NCBI GenBank assembly: GCA_965203315.1
Contig: CBDBCE010000004.1
Coordinates: 224,001 to 288,000, forward strand
Origin: Nitrosopumilus sp.
Lineage (GTDB): Archaea > Thermoproteota > Nitrososphaeria > Nitrososphaerales > Nitrosopumilaceae
Reading direction: 5' to 3'
Length of the DNA stretch: 64,000 nt
Part shown: positions 46,501-56,533 of the stretch, one piece after another
How positions within the stretch are numbered: the stretch's first letter is position 1
Layout of the letters: every line of letters starts with the position of its first letter
The notes under the pieces: model-generated
Seen by the model: the letters and a program-made list of their open reading frames with translations, nothing else
What the model was told of the DNA's origin: nothing
The model's database searches: none
Made by a program: the position numbers and the translations under genes

Positions 46501-49500
46501 GTATAGAATATCCAATCGTACTGGACTTTATCTCGTACGGATTCTATGGTGATGGTGACAGTACAGATGAGCGTATAGCCAACCAGATAATACGAATACA
46601 AGCAGAAGAGACCGGTGTAAACACTGGTACATTTACAGGTACGATATCATATATCCTGATAAATCAACTAGACACTATAGTACACGATGACATTTACTGG
46701 AATTCAGGACAGACTCAGATACTAGAGACTCCTTACATCTATGAAACAATCACACCAACAGGCAAGGATGCAACATTTATCGCATTTGAAGGCATGACAG
46801 CTCAAGTAAACTATACAGATATCAACTCTAACGGTGTCGATACCGTACTGTCTGCTCAGCAAGATATCATTACAAACACAGGTACGGTATCTCTCAATAA
46901 TACAAGCTATGATACAGGCGATGCAGTAACTATAACACTCGTCGATCCCGATCTAGACAGAGATACTAGCACAGCTGACGTCTATAATGTATTTCAGGAT
47001 AGTACAGATCCCGATAGAGATCTAGTAGGCAAGAACGCACAGGGTTCACAAGAGACTCTACTGTCTGGCAGATCGTTGGGAATGTTACTCGAGGTAACAC
47101 TAAATGGCACAAAATGGCAGTCTGGTACGTGTACTTTATCTGGTGGTACACCAAACGGACTAGGCGGTACAACCTTTGCATTACAAGAGACTGGCCCCAA
47201 TACAGGTACCTTTACGGGTACATTCTATGTACCGGCCCAGTTTTGTGATGGTGCTGATACCGTATATACAAACGGTACAAATATCGGTGTAACATATCTA
47301 GACTTTAGAAATGCTACCGGTAGTATCGTCACAGCTAGTGATACAGCTAGTATCGCTGCAGCTGTGACCACTCCAACTCCCCATGTGACTCCGCCCCCAA
47401 TCACAATTCCTAATAATCTATTAACAATACCGCCACTAACCAATTCGAGCAGTTCTGCTGGAATGAATTTTGATTCAGACACAGAACACGATGGTTCGAT
47501 ATACTATGATGGCGACACTAGGAGATACACAGACGACAGTGGCAACGACGCCACTGCTGATCTCTATCTGGCACGAGGTACTGAAACACTACCACGTGCT
47601 ATGTTTGAAGGCACTGGTGATTATCAGTGTACTGGAAATTTTGAACGTGTTAAATTCCTCGACAAAAAACGTGTTCCAGGCTTTGCTATCCCAGATAATG
47701 TAACTCCTACTAAAAAGGGTAAACTAGCTGCATATGGACTAGATTTTTACAACAAGAGTTCAACAATATCGTGCTCACCAAATCCTGAAGCCGTCTCTGA
47801 TCAAACACTGATAACCGACACTGCACTGCGAATCACCATATATGGCAAGGCAGACAAAAAGCCTATCTACTTTTCACCGCGTGACGGAATACTCAAGGCT
47901 CAACCAATTCCAATGTGTACAACTGATATGATCGACACGAGCAACAACAATGCTCTCAAGGGTAACAATACTGTATGTTATGGCGTACACGGTAATGACA
48001 TGGTCATCGTTACAAAACGACTGACTGGGTTTTATGGTGCAGCAGACAGCGTTACAACACCCGCAAATCCGATAGACCTCAATCCAACTACAGTCATTAA
48101 TATCGATCCAAACATATTGTCTATACCATCAATAATCGAAACGAAACGTGCTGGTCAAGCGACTTTTGAGTCAAATTCAGCTAATGACGGCAAGATATTC
48201 TATGCCGGACCCTCTTCTAGACTCACCGATCATGGTACAAAACCAACTGGTGATATCTATCTCGTACAAGATACTACAACACTCGTACATCCGCTGTTCA
48301 GAGGCGCCGGCGACTATAGATGTTTTGCAAGTTTAGCACATGTTGTAACTCTCAACACAACCATGGTCCCAGGCTTTGCCCTGCCAGATAATATCGTTCC
48401 TAAGACACCTCTGCGTAGTGTATATGCATACGGACTAGACTTTTTTAACAGCATTAGTAATAAAACAGCAAAATGTTCACCCGATCCCGAGGCTGTACAT
48501 AGCCAACCACTAGTAACCGACAAAGAGATGCGATATACGATATATGGCAAGGCAGACAAAAAACCCTACTACTTTTCTCCACGTGACGGAATAACAGAGG
48601 CTCAACCAATTCCAATGTGTACCACCGATATGATCGACACAAGCAATAATGCTCTCAAGGGTAACAATACTGTATGTTTTGGTAGAAACGGCACAGATAT
48701 GGTCATTATCACAAAACGACTGACTGGGTTTTATGGCGTAGCAGACAGCGTTACAACACCTACAGATCCAACAGATCTCAATGCCGCTATACCTGTTGTA
48801 TCTCTTACCAATTCCATAACCGGTAAAATACAAACACACGAATACTATACTGAAAAGATAAACAGTACATCTCTGATAGAATATCCCAACCCTGTCTTTT
48901 TGTACAACACATTACCTCTTTGCGAGGACTCTGTTCATGGCACACATCAGACAATACAAATGACAACAAAAGGAGATATTTTGTTCAAGTATGCTCTAAA
49001 CGGAGTACAGTTTGACGGCAGGCTATTCCTGACTCTGACAGATCATACTCCCAAAAAGACCATATCGCTAGACTCTAACTTTGTCCAACAGCGTGGTAAT
49101 TGGTACAACTATAACAGTACTCTTCCAAAGAGTATACTGGATCAGTTTGGCAACTTTACCAGCATAAACGCCAGACTGTTTGTGACCAATGACACCATAC
49201 CAAACAAAAACATATTCAGCAACAGCTCTACAGGTTCACCTCTATACTATAAAAGCCAGAAAAAGGCTATCATGGAGTTGCCAGATGCTGCAGATACAGT
49301 AACCTTTGTACCTGGTAAAGTACCAGGTGTCCGTGGTAATGTACATGTTCCACAAGGTGATACCGTACCACTAACCGCAGAGATACTGTGCCAGTTTGGT
49401 CATATACAACCATCCCCATCAGCTCAGGTATTTGATCTAGGTATATCTGCAGATAACGCAACAAACGGTCTCGAGATAAAGTATGAATTTACATCAAAGA

Positions 49501-52500
49501 CGTTCTATCAAGGTGCAAAGGAACAGAAACCGACAAAGTTCTTTTGGATTGCAACCGACTCTGACGGCAACTCTGTCAACGGTGATACAACTCGTACCAT
49601 AACCAATTCATACAACTTTGTCATTCCTCAAAGTACATCTGGTACATATGATATAGTGATATACGGCTCTGATGCTGAACGTACACTAATAGGTACACAT
49701 GCAGGTTCGTACACGTTTGCAGCTGCATCTGCACCAGTGACCAACCCTCCATCAACATCTGGTATACTAACGATACCCAAGCCTGACAACCTTGAGATAT
49801 CTACTGATTATGATCTACAGACCATAACCACTACTAATGGTGATCGGCAGACTACGTTCATGGTCCGAGATGAAGCCAATGAAAAGTATGTATTTACTCC
49901 TGTGGCATTTGAGAACGAACCTAATGGCAAGGTAGGTGATGTGTACATACCCACTCCTACACGTACAGAGTCCAACCCAATATTTTTCAACTCTGTAACC
50001 AACTCTTATGCTAATACTGACTGTGATGTAGATGTCTGGTCTATAACAGAGCTGGCCAAGACTACTAACGTTCCATCGTTTACCATACCAAACAACATAA
50101 ACACAACTAGTCCAAACGGTATAATCGGACTGGCACTCGACTTTGGTCCTGTTGGCGGTAGTTGTGCTGTAGATATGGACGTCAAATCACCAAATCCTAT
50201 ATTCACAGAGAAAGAGATGAGATTCACAATATACGACACAACCAAACAACCGTACTATTTCTCACCTCGTGACGATATCACCACAGCTGTCCAGATACCT
50301 GCATGTACCACCGATATGATCCATCTGAACAACCAATCTCTCAAAGGTGACACAAAGATGTGTTATGGCAAGAACGGTGACGATATCGTAATTATAACAA
50401 AGAGAGTTGCATTCTATGCAGTCGCGGGTGTACCACGGGACTCAACTCCGACCAAGGTTATAGATCCAACTCTACTAACAATACCACCACTAGACAACTC
50501 TGTAGTTTTTGGTGCTCTGAACTTTAATTCAGACAGCGCTAATGACGGTCGTCTATTTAGTTCACATCCTGATAATCGATACAGAGATGCTGACAGTACA
50601 GGTGATCTATACATAAAACAGGATACTCGTACACTCGTAACCAAGCTATTCACCGGTGTTGGTGATTATAGTTGTAGTGCAGGAGTTGATAATGTCCCCA
50701 CTTTGATCAATGACAACCGTGTTCCAAATCTTGCAATACCAAATAACATTAACCCCAATACTGCTGAAAGTATAGTTACAGTTGGATTGGACTTTTACAA
50801 CGGCTCTGATAGGACATCATCATGTTCACCAGATATAGAGGCTACTTCTGACCAACCGCTAATAACCGACAAGGATATGAGAATCACCATATACAACAAT
50901 ATAGACAAAAAGCCATACTATTTCTCACCACGTGACGGAATACTAGAGGCACAACCAATTCCTGCATGTACAACTGATATAGTAGATATAAACAACAACC
51001 ATGCCCTCAAAAGTAACAATTCAATGTGTTATGGCGTAAATGGAACTGGAAATACTGCATCTATTGTTATAGTTACAAAACATTTGACTGGATTTTATGG
51101 CGTTGCAGACTCTATCACTCCCCCAACAAATCCTATGAAATTTCAGTATGGCGGAGCAACTGTACCTCCTGTAGATAAAAGTACACTGGTATCAATACCG
51201 CCAATAAGCAGCTTGACACCCAAATTTGGTACTATGCAATTTAGATCAGACACTAGTAATGACGGTCAGATATATCAGGCGCAGCCCACCGCTAGATACT
51301 TCAATTCTGATAAAAAATATGATATCTATATGGAACAGAATGCGCGTACACTCGTAACCGATCTATTCACAGGTGTTGATGATCTTAGTTGCCTTGCAAT
51401 GCTTACTCATATTCCAGGCTTGATCACTGACAACAAGGTTCCAAATCTTGCAGCTCCTTCCAACATACAACCTAGACTTGTTAGCAGTCTAGATGCAGTT
51501 GGACTAGACTTTTACAACGCTACTGGTTCATCATCATGTTTACCAAATATAGAGACTCCTTCTAAACAACCGCTAGTACTCGACAAGGATATGCGAATCA
51601 CCCTTCCTGACACCGGCAACAGTCTCTACTATTTCTCACCACGTGACGGAATAACCGAGGCTCAACCAATTCCTGCATGTACATCTGATATAATCGATAC
51701 AGACAACAACAATGCTCTCAAAGATGGCAATACAATGTGTTACGGCGTAAATGTAACCACAGGTCCGCAATCTTTTGTTGTAATCACAAAGTGTCTGACT
51801 GGATTTTATGGTACAACTGATACACTCTTTGTACCTACAAGATCTGTAAATCCTAACAACATGTGTGGAAGCGGTGACCCTAAAGACAGCGATGATTATC
51901 TGGCCACTGCACCAACCTTTGGCGTCTCACAACTCACAGGTGAACAGCTGGTAACATGTGGTTATAAAATGGACGACACTTGCCGTGATATCACTGCATA
52001 TCATGTCCAGTACGAACGCGACACGATACAAACTAACACGACACACACATTTGCAATAAAGACACTGGCACCAAACATGTTGCACAATGTTATACTGGCA
52101 TTTAGTGTACCAAATGTGGGCGCTCCAGTGAGTACAGCAGAAGCATACATCTCTGTACATCTTGGAATAAACTATAGCGAACCGTCACACCACTATATCA
52201 CAGATGTTACTATACATGACCCAAACAACATCATCGACTATGACACACAAAACACAACAGTATCTGCTGCATCTTGTTCTGGTACCGAGCTACAATGTAC
52301 GCAAATAACACTCCCAGACGTACTATTCCGTGATGTAATGAACCATGAACCATTTGCAATACAAGTAACTGATACTCTACGATTCACATCCATAAACTAC
52401 ATGAACGAAGGTGTCTTTGTTAAAGGTACATCACTAAACGCACCACCAACTGCACAGCCAGGACTCACACTATCTGGTGACGATGGTCGACCAATAAACT

Positions 52501-52835
52501 TGGTGTTGGTCCGTACAGACAAGGTCTCTGATCTATGGGCAGACGCATTCGGCAATACGTGGAGTCGCAACTCGTTTGGTCATTTCATAATAGTACAGTA
52601 TGCACCATACGCAGGTACTACTCCCGTATGTACAGACATCAACGATAGAATATGTGCACCATTCAAGGCTAAACTCGATTGGCACAATCAAAAGATGATC
52701 GAACTACGTGACTCGCTATACGATGCATACAAGACAAAAGCATACGCCGAGATCGACAATATCTTTACCTACGAGTTTGGTGATGTAGACTCTCGCACTA
52801 GAACACTGATCAATCTAGGCTGGCTAACAGAGTAG
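43578..52835 (+). CDS. Giant secreted/surface protein with eight Cys-containing repeats of about 200 aa and an S-layer-like internal block
   Basis: Signal peptide; motif TDK.MR.T..YFSPRDGI.EAQPIP.CT..LKG...MCYG eight times; ETG.NTGTFTG motifs in the central block. Confidence 0.85.
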   Translation: MYKRHLIPVLALAIIVPFLLVDLDDAFGAVIPPYNYLNPGLNPSTGWRTDTASFSSPLTIHDNNSATLVISTSFNHIRHGAAYQPEGDITIDKGTKILPNSVFASIGCTVQFAVTNVGSNPSNDDSLHDYATLPTNVYSNIWTNLPGSDVKVIGVDFKEYTSSTCDVSALTTKNSTNEPLLTDKSMRVTLYGQAGKKAFFTSHFENITTAQLIPECTSANFDNTTKQLKGQTRMCYGTYVDSTTNNSILPYKRGNHLIIITTQIGEYGATSTILPPDTLPILPPSGFPTSLITNDVPYLKSSPNIDNGTIGATSGNRYQIDGTQAGALVKAGDIHIQGTTTILSNPILLGLSTTCAFNIMSLPTLSTAFPTNAQPAGNATNPASMTFRGQSSCANWSPTHPMITDKEMRITLTNKTGSKAWYASPRQGITEAQPIPACTTDMIYLNNGTLKGNTKMCYGVYSDHLIIITKRFFGQYGSADTITTPQNPVDLDSDKPMQTMPPSTTSLAPPQNFASLSPQFTAFGIIPRGASIGGDINVNTDTRFGPPNSKGDVVIQANTKIKPAALFDTDVGRPCISVNFRDPAILITPPTVLRGADAMGFDLSTSTGLTPVCTINPTAFNGTLLTDKELRITLYPNATTDTIAPHFFSQEQGNSATKPIPLCTSTNMHANQTLIGDTEMCYGTHDNNTIIISKRIGIYSANAPTGTIVPDPVSTPVNTVNGTISFTVSGAWTPGEQATVSISDADQNKNSAADDDQTISNAKSRIPTLITGDPHTLKDGDTDQIYAYTGRGSTWIPFLQDPSQSYIHQLNYKTDDSHRGIISWTGGDLSNNAETLSLGGAGVGPMLAIPLGTLGDLRDSINDDDLNGTGNFTGRNLINYDFGSLTPNIRKSQLTIVNSAGTYLYSGVFASDDTRFPNHNAKSDILDITGFTVAHQTGTDYVLTGPDLLSQPNVNDNSQVLWIIEFSESLVLTEGIEYPIVLDFISYGFYGDGDSTDERIANQIIRIQAEETGVNTGTFTGTISYILINQLDTIVHDDIYWNSGQTQILETPYIYETITPTGKDATFIAFEGMTAQVNYTDINSNGVDTVLSAQQDIITNTGTVSLNNTSYDTGDAVTITLVDPDLDRDTSTADVYNVFQDSTDPDRDLVGKNAQGSQETLLSGRSLGMLLEVTLNGTKWQSGTCTLSGGTPNGLGGTTFALQETGPNTGTFTGTFYVPAQFCDGADTVYTNGTNIGVTYLDFRNATGSIVTASDTASIAAAVTTPTPHVTPPPITIPNNLLTIPPLTNSSSSAGMNFDSDTEHDGSIYYDGDTRRYTDDSGNDATADLYLARGTETLPRAMFEGTGDYQCTGNFERVKFLDKKRVPGFAIPDNVTPTKKGKLAAYGLDFYNKSSTISCSPNPEAVSDQTLITDTALRITIYGKADKKPIYFSPRDGILKAQPIPMCTTDMIDTSNNNALKGNNTVCYGVHGNDMVIVTKRLTGFYGAADSVTTPANPIDLNPTTVINIDPNILSIPSIIETKRAGQATFESNSANDGKIFYAGPSSRLTDHGTKPTGDIYLVQDTTTLVHPLFRGAGDYRCFASLAHVVTLNTTMVPGFALPDNIVPKTPLRSVYAYGLDFFNSISNKTAKCSPDPEAVHSQPLVTDKEMRYTIYGKADKKPYYFSPRDGITEAQPIPMCTTDMIDTSNNALKGNNTVCFGRNGTDMVIITKRLTGFYGVADSVTTPTDPTDLNAAIPVVSLTNSITGKIQTHEYYTEKINSTSLIEYPNPVFLYNTLPLCEDSVHGTHQTIQMTTKGDILFKYALNGVQFDGRLFLTLTDHTPKKTISLDSNFVQQRGNWYNYNSTLPKSILDQFGNFTSINARLFVTNDTIPNKNIFSNSSTGSPLYYKSQKKAIMELPDAADTVTFVPGKVPGVRGNVHVPQGDTVPLTAEILCQFGHIQPSPSAQVFDLGISADNATNGLEIKYEFTSKTFYQGAKEQKPTKFFWIATDSDGNSVNGDTTRTITNSYNFVIPQSTSGTYDIVIYGSDAERTLIGTHAGSYTFAAASAPVTNPPSTSGILTIPKPDNLEISTDYDLQTITTTNGDRQTTFMVRDEANEKYVFTPVAFENEPNGKVGDVYIPTPTRTESNPIFFNSVTNSYANTDCDVDVWSITELAKTTNVPSFTIPNNINTTSPNGIIGLALDFGPVGGSCAVDMDVKSPNPIFTEKEMRFTIYDTTKQPYYFSPRDDITTAVQIPACTTDMIHLNNQSLKGDTKMCYGKNGDDIVIITKRVAFYAVAGVPRDSTPTKVIDPTLLTIPPLDNSVVFGALNFNSDSANDGRLFSSHPDNRYRDADSTGDLYIKQDTRTLVTKLFTGVGDYSCSAGVDNVPTLINDNRVPNLAIPNNINPNTAESIVTVGLDFYNGSDRTSSCSPDIEATSDQPLITDKDMRITIYNNIDKKPYYFSPRDGILEAQPIPACTTDIVDINNNHALKSNNSMCYGVNGTGNTASIVIVTKHLTGFYGVADSITPPTNPMKFQYGGATVPPVDKSTLVSIPPISSLTPKFGTMQFRSDTSNDGQIYQAQPTARYFNSDKKYDIYMEQNARTLVTDLFTGVDDLSCLAMLTHIPGLITDNKVPNLAAPSNIQPRLVSSLDAVGLDFYNATGSSSCLPNIETPSKQPLVLDKDMRITLPDTGNSLYYFSPRDGITEAQPIPACTSDIIDTDNNNALKDGNTMCYGVNVTTGPQSFVVITKCLTGFYGTTDTLFVPTRSVNPNNMCGSGDPKDSDDYLATAPTFGVSQLTGEQLVTCGYKMDDTCRDITAYHVQYERDTIQTNTTHTFAIKTLAPNMLHNVILAFSVPNVGAPVSTAEAYISVHLGINYSEPSHHYITDVTIHDPNNIIDYDTQNTTVSAASCSGTELQCTQITLPDVLFRDVMNHEPFAIQVTDTLRFTSINYMNEGVFVKGTSLNAPPTAQPGLTLSGDDGRPINLVLVRTDKVSDLWADAFGNTWSRNSFGHFIIVQYAPYAGTTPVCTDINDRICAPFKAKLDWHNQKMIELRDSLYDAYKTKAYAEIDNIFTYEFGDVDSRTRTLINLGWLTE

Positions 52836-52950
52836 GTTTGTATTCGAGATATGTGATATCAAAAATTGTTCATCATTCATCTGACGTGACATTTACTTTG
52901 TATTGACTATTCAATTTGCTTCTTTTGGCATTTTTAGATAACGTCTCAGC

Positions 52951-53208
52951 GGATCTTTTCGATTTATGTGGAGTGGCGTTTTGTAAGGTTTTTTATAATA
53001 GACTGTATGCGTATTATTAAGAGTACCCATACCAATCATCAAATATGACAACAATGAATCAATTCGCCTCTAGAAATCATGCCTGTGTTTTATTGTACCT
53101 TAAAATGTGCATATGATAAGAAATACGCATATAGTCTAATCTTTCATTATAGAATCTCGTAGTGCTTTTTCTGCAACAATTCGTATCTCATGTAAACCGG
53201 AAAGATCC
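52951..53208. mobile_element. MITE-A with nested MITE-B
   Basis: GGATCTTTTCGATTTATG..ATGTAAACCGGAAAGATCC. Confidence 0.88.
53000..53137. mobile_element. MITE-B copy (reverse orientation)
   Basis: AGACTGTATGCGTATT..ATACGCATATAGTCT; 3-bp TSD aat. Confidence 0.9.
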
Positions 53209-53215
53209 GTAGACT

Positions 53216-53509
53216 GTGCTAATTATGTACAAAAAATCGTTGACCGGGAGGTATTCTGAGAAACGTATTGGGTTTAATTATTCTGCAAATCAGAATAAAT
53301 TGATGGCATGTATTACTGATATTATGATAAAAAACATGGAGTGTTCAACCGATCAAGAATTAGCATTACCTGCAATAATATTTGAAGGTGAAGATGCAAA
53401 ATTTTTTGATGAATATAACAAGAGGCCTAGGACAGAACATGAAAAGGCATTGTTAGTAGAAGCAGATAGAATATATGCTTCTATGTGCAACGTAGATGGA
53501 AACGATTAA
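53216..53509 (+). CDS. Small hypothetical protein, possible antitoxin (true start may be downstream)
   Basis: PAIIFEGEDAKFFDEYNKRP; overlaps a downstream disrupted ORF. Confidence 0.4.
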   Translation: MLIMYKKSLTGRYSEKRIGFNYSANQNKLMACITDIMIKNMECSTDQELALPAIIFEGEDAKFFDEYNKRPRTEHEKALLVEADRIYASMCNVDGND

Positions 53510-53824
53510 TACGATTTCAAAAACGCGCTGACATAAGAGCGTACAAACCCGATGACAAAATCTCAAGTTTGGACTTCACAGTAGACGGCTCGGATCCACT
53601 ACATGTAGATGCTTTTTTTGGTTCTGTTCAATTGACGGGGGTTGAGATCGTGATGACGTTATCTCAAAGAACGTACAATATGAGACTCAAAACAGCAACA
53701 ATTTGCGATAGCCCATATGAGGCCGTTTCCATATTTTGCAAAATTTTTCGAGAATTTTATGCAGAAAATGCCAACCACCATTAATTGAACAGATCCAAAA
53801 AGGACGACTTTGATATTCTATCTA
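53485..53824 (+). pseudogene. Remnant ORF (possible GNAT-type toxin N-terminus) interrupted by MITE-D
   Basis: IRAYKPDDKISSLDF..DPLHVDAFF, then MITE-D at 53620; the rest of the listed ORF is MITE sequence. Confidence 0.4.
53620..53796. mobile_element. MITE-D copy
   Basis: GGTTCTGTTCAATTGAC..ATTAATTGAACAGATCC; reverse-complement homologue of 24095-24268. Confidence 0.85.
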
Positions 53825-53941
53825 GTGTCTCTTCGGTGTACGTGGGATAAAACTTTACAGAAAAAAATACTATGGAATTCTGTAGGGAAAATTTAGTGAC
53901 AAGTCTTGTAAAATACCATCCCACGTAAACCAAAAAGATCC
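53825..53941. mobile_element. MITE-A copy
   Basis: GTGTCTCTTCGGTGTACGTGGGAT..CCATCCCACGTAAACCAAAAAGATCC. Confidence 0.85.
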
Positions 53942-53983
53942 TCCGGTGATGATATTTAAATCAGGCAAGTTGTTGTATATATT

Positions 53984-55300
53984 ATGGCAACACAGATGAG
54001 TGCAGCACGTAGGGGTGTGGCAACCGATGAGATGCGTCAAGTTGCGAGAGATGAAGATGTCTCATTAGATTGGTTGATCCCAAAGATTGCTAACGGTTCG
54101 ATAATAATTCCTAGTAACAACTCTAGGCCTCAAGAGATCCACAATGTAGGTATAGGCAAAGGACTAAAGACAAAGGTAAACGTCAACATTGGTACATCTA
54201 CTAACAACATAGATCTGGATGCTGAGATAGAGAAAGCAAAGGTTGCTGTAAAGTATGATGCTGACACTATAATGGATCTGAGTGATGGTGGTGACGTTAA
54301 ACATATACGTCGCACACTACTTGCTACTGCGCCAATAACCTTTGGAACGGTTCCGATATACGAAGCATACAACTATGCGACCACGCCACCTAGAACCAAT
54401 CCTCTAGACCTTACTGAAGACGACTATCTTGACGCATTTGAGAACAATGCCAAAGATGGTGTTGATTATACTACAATTCACTGTGGAATAACCAAAGATA
54501 TCGCAAAACGAATCTTAAAAGTTCGTCGTCATGGCGGAATCGTAAGCAAAGGTGGAACGATCACTGCCGCGTGGATGTTGAAACATGATAAAGAGAACCC
54601 GTATCTCACACACTATGACTATCTTGTAGAGATTGCCAAGAAATACGATGTAACGTTCAGTCTAGGTGATGCACTGCGACCAGGCTCTATACTCGACTCA
54701 CACGATGAACTCCAGGTACAAGAGATGATCAACGTTGCTCAATTAACAAAACGTGCACATGAGCAAGATATTCAGGTGATGGTAGAGGGTCCTGGACATG
54801 TTCCATTAAACGAGGTTGCCGCAAATGTTCGCTTGGCAAAGTCACTCATAGGTGATGTTCCTTACTATGTCTTGGGTCCACTAGTAACTGATGTTGCATC
54901 TGGTCATGATCATATCGCAAGTGCAATAGGTGCTGCAGTCTCTGCAAGTGAGGGCGTAGACCTCTTGTGCTATCTGACTCCTGCTGAACACCTCGCGCTT
55001 CCTAACGCCGAAGAGGTCAAAGATGGATTGATCGCGTATAGGATTGCAGCACATGCTGCAGATCTTGTAAAGATCAGAGACAAGGCAATAAAATGGGATG
55101 CTGAGATGAGTGAAGCTAGACGCACTCTGGATTGGGAACGCCAACTTGCACTGTCTATAGATCCAGAACGGGCTGCTCTAATTCATAGCCGAACTGGTCA
55201 ACATCCTGGAAATAACGTTCCATGTACAATGTGTGGTGGCGCGTGTGTGTATATGGTATTTCCACAACAAAAGAACTATCAACTAGAGCATACTGTCTAG
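53984..55300 (+). CDS. thiC: Phosphomethylpyrimidine synthase
   Basis: KVNVNIGTS, SLGDALRPG, EGPGH, CTMCG..C. Confidence 0.97.
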   Translation: MATQMSAARRGVATDEMRQVARDEDVSLDWLIPKIANGSIIIPSNNSRPQEIHNVGIGKGLKTKVNVNIGTSTNNIDLDAEIEKAKVAVKYDADTIMDLSDGGDVKHIRRTLLATAPITFGTVPIYEAYNYATTPPRTNPLDLTEDDYLDAFENNAKDGVDYTTIHCGITKDIAKRILKVRRHGGIVSKGGTITAAWMLKHDKENPYLTHYDYLVEIAKKYDVTFSLGDALRPGSILDSHDELQVQEMINVAQLTKRAHEQDIQVMVEGPGHVPLNEVAANVRLAKSLIGDVPYYVLGPLVTDVASGHDHIASAIGAAVSASEGVDLLCYLTPAEHLALPNAEEVKDGLIAYRIAAHAADLVKIRDKAIKWDAEMSEARRTLDWERQLALSIDPERAALIHSRTGQHPGNNVPCTMCGGACVYMVFPQQKNYQLEHTV

Positions 55301-55681
55301 TATCTCATAGAGTTTGGGTACTGTGTCATATTTGATGATATCTCTTGCAGGTACCCACCTATACTCATCATTCTCCCAGTTGAGGCGTATATTTTTGTGT
55401 CTTACATTGAACAGAAAGGGATGTATCATCCACGTATCTCCGTAATCTGGGGTATCGGCTAGAGTGATCTGACCTGAACCTGCCAAAGTTATCTCTTTTG
55501 AACTAACTTTGGTCTCTTCGTATATCTCGATCATGGCTCGTTCTAGTGGGGACTCGCCAGGCTCGATCGTACCACTAACAGCTGACCACAAACCTCTCAT
55601 CGTTTTGACACTAGCACTACGCTTGAGTATCAAGATGTCTCTTTTGTATCTCAAAAACGATGTAGCTACTCTGTGTTGCAT
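55283..55681 (-). CDS. NUDIX hydrolase
   Basis: GTIEPGESPLERAMIEIYEET Nudix box. Confidence 0.9.
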   Translation of the reverse strand: MQHRVATSFLRYKRDILILKRSASVKTMRGLWSAVSGTIEPGESPLERAMIEIYEETKVSSKEITLAGSGQITLADTPDYGDTWMIHPFLFNVRHKNIRLNWENDEYRWVPARDIIKYDTVPKLYEILDSML

Positions 55682-56533
55682 TTACTTTTCAATAACTTTG
55701 AACATTCGAGTCATATTCTTGTATGAACGATCAAGGTCTGCATGTTCACCCAATCGTTCTTGGCACTCTTTGATATAACTTGTCACCTCTTCTGTCTTGG
55801 ACTCTTGGACCGCAGTGAGTAGTCTGCCGATATCTTTCCACAACTCTTCTGCAACCTTTCGTATCTCGGGATTTGCTATGATTGTCTCGATCAACTCTGG
55901 TGATTCCGTCATTATGCTCTCGGCAAGCGTCTTTTGAATCTTGAATGTCGTTCCAGACATCTTTTCAGTGAGTAACACCTTTTCATCTTTTGATATAATA
56001 TTTGCAAATACTAGGTTCATCAAATGTACTAGTCCAAGTATCACTGCAATCTTTTTGTCATGTTCTGCTGAATCAATAGTCACAAAGTTTGCACCTTCAA
56101 AGAGCGACTTTGTGGTGGCAAGCTCTTTCTTTGCGTCCTTTATTGGAACTGATATTATGTTCTGACCTTTGATCGTCTTGATACCTGGTCCAAACATTGG
56201 ATGTATACATATTGGGTTGATCTTTGCAGGCATCTTTGATAGTGATGTCGAAACTTTGGATTTCTCAGATGATATCTCGATCAGATGTGTGCCTCGTTTC
56301 ATCTCTTTTGCAATGAGTCTGATTATCTCGGGTGTTCGTCTAGTTGGCGTACACAACACCACATAGTCTGCTTTGAGGATCGAACCTACCAGTGACTCTG
56401 ATACGATGATGTTTCTTCCAGGTACCTTGTTCTCAGAGTCGTAGCCAGTAACCTCATATCCTTTGTTTGCAAAGTATCTTGCAAACCATTGGCCCATCTG
56501 ACCACCGGCTCCTATTACGGTTACTTTTTTCAT
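55682..56533 (-). CDS. tyrA: Prephenate/arogenate dehydrogenase
   Basis: IGAGGQMG, HPMFGP, EHDK..A...GL.H. Confidence 0.92.
   Translation of the reverse strand: MKKVTVIGAGGQMGQWFARYFANKGYEVTGYDSENKVPGRNIIVSESLVGSILKADYVVLCTPTRRTPEIIRLIAKEMKRGTHLIEISSEKSKVSTSLSKMPAKINPICIHPMFGPGIKTIKGQNIISVPIKDAKKELATTKSLFEGANFVTIDSAEHDKKIAVILGLVHLMNLVFANIISKDEKVLLTEKMSGTTFKIQKTLAESIMTESPELIETIIANPEIRKVAEELWKDIGRLLTAVQESKTEEVTSYIKECQERLGEHADLDRSYKNMTRMFKVIEK

Noticed and set aside
47800-48780. Near-identical DNA repeats as diversity-generating retroelement template/variable repeats
   Set aside because: They are in-frame domain duplications in one ORF, differences are not evidently adenine-specific, and no reverse transcriptase is present in the window.
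44342-52160. Many short antisense ORFs within the giant gene and other long genes
   Set aside because: Shadow ORFs opposite well-supported genes, with no motifs.
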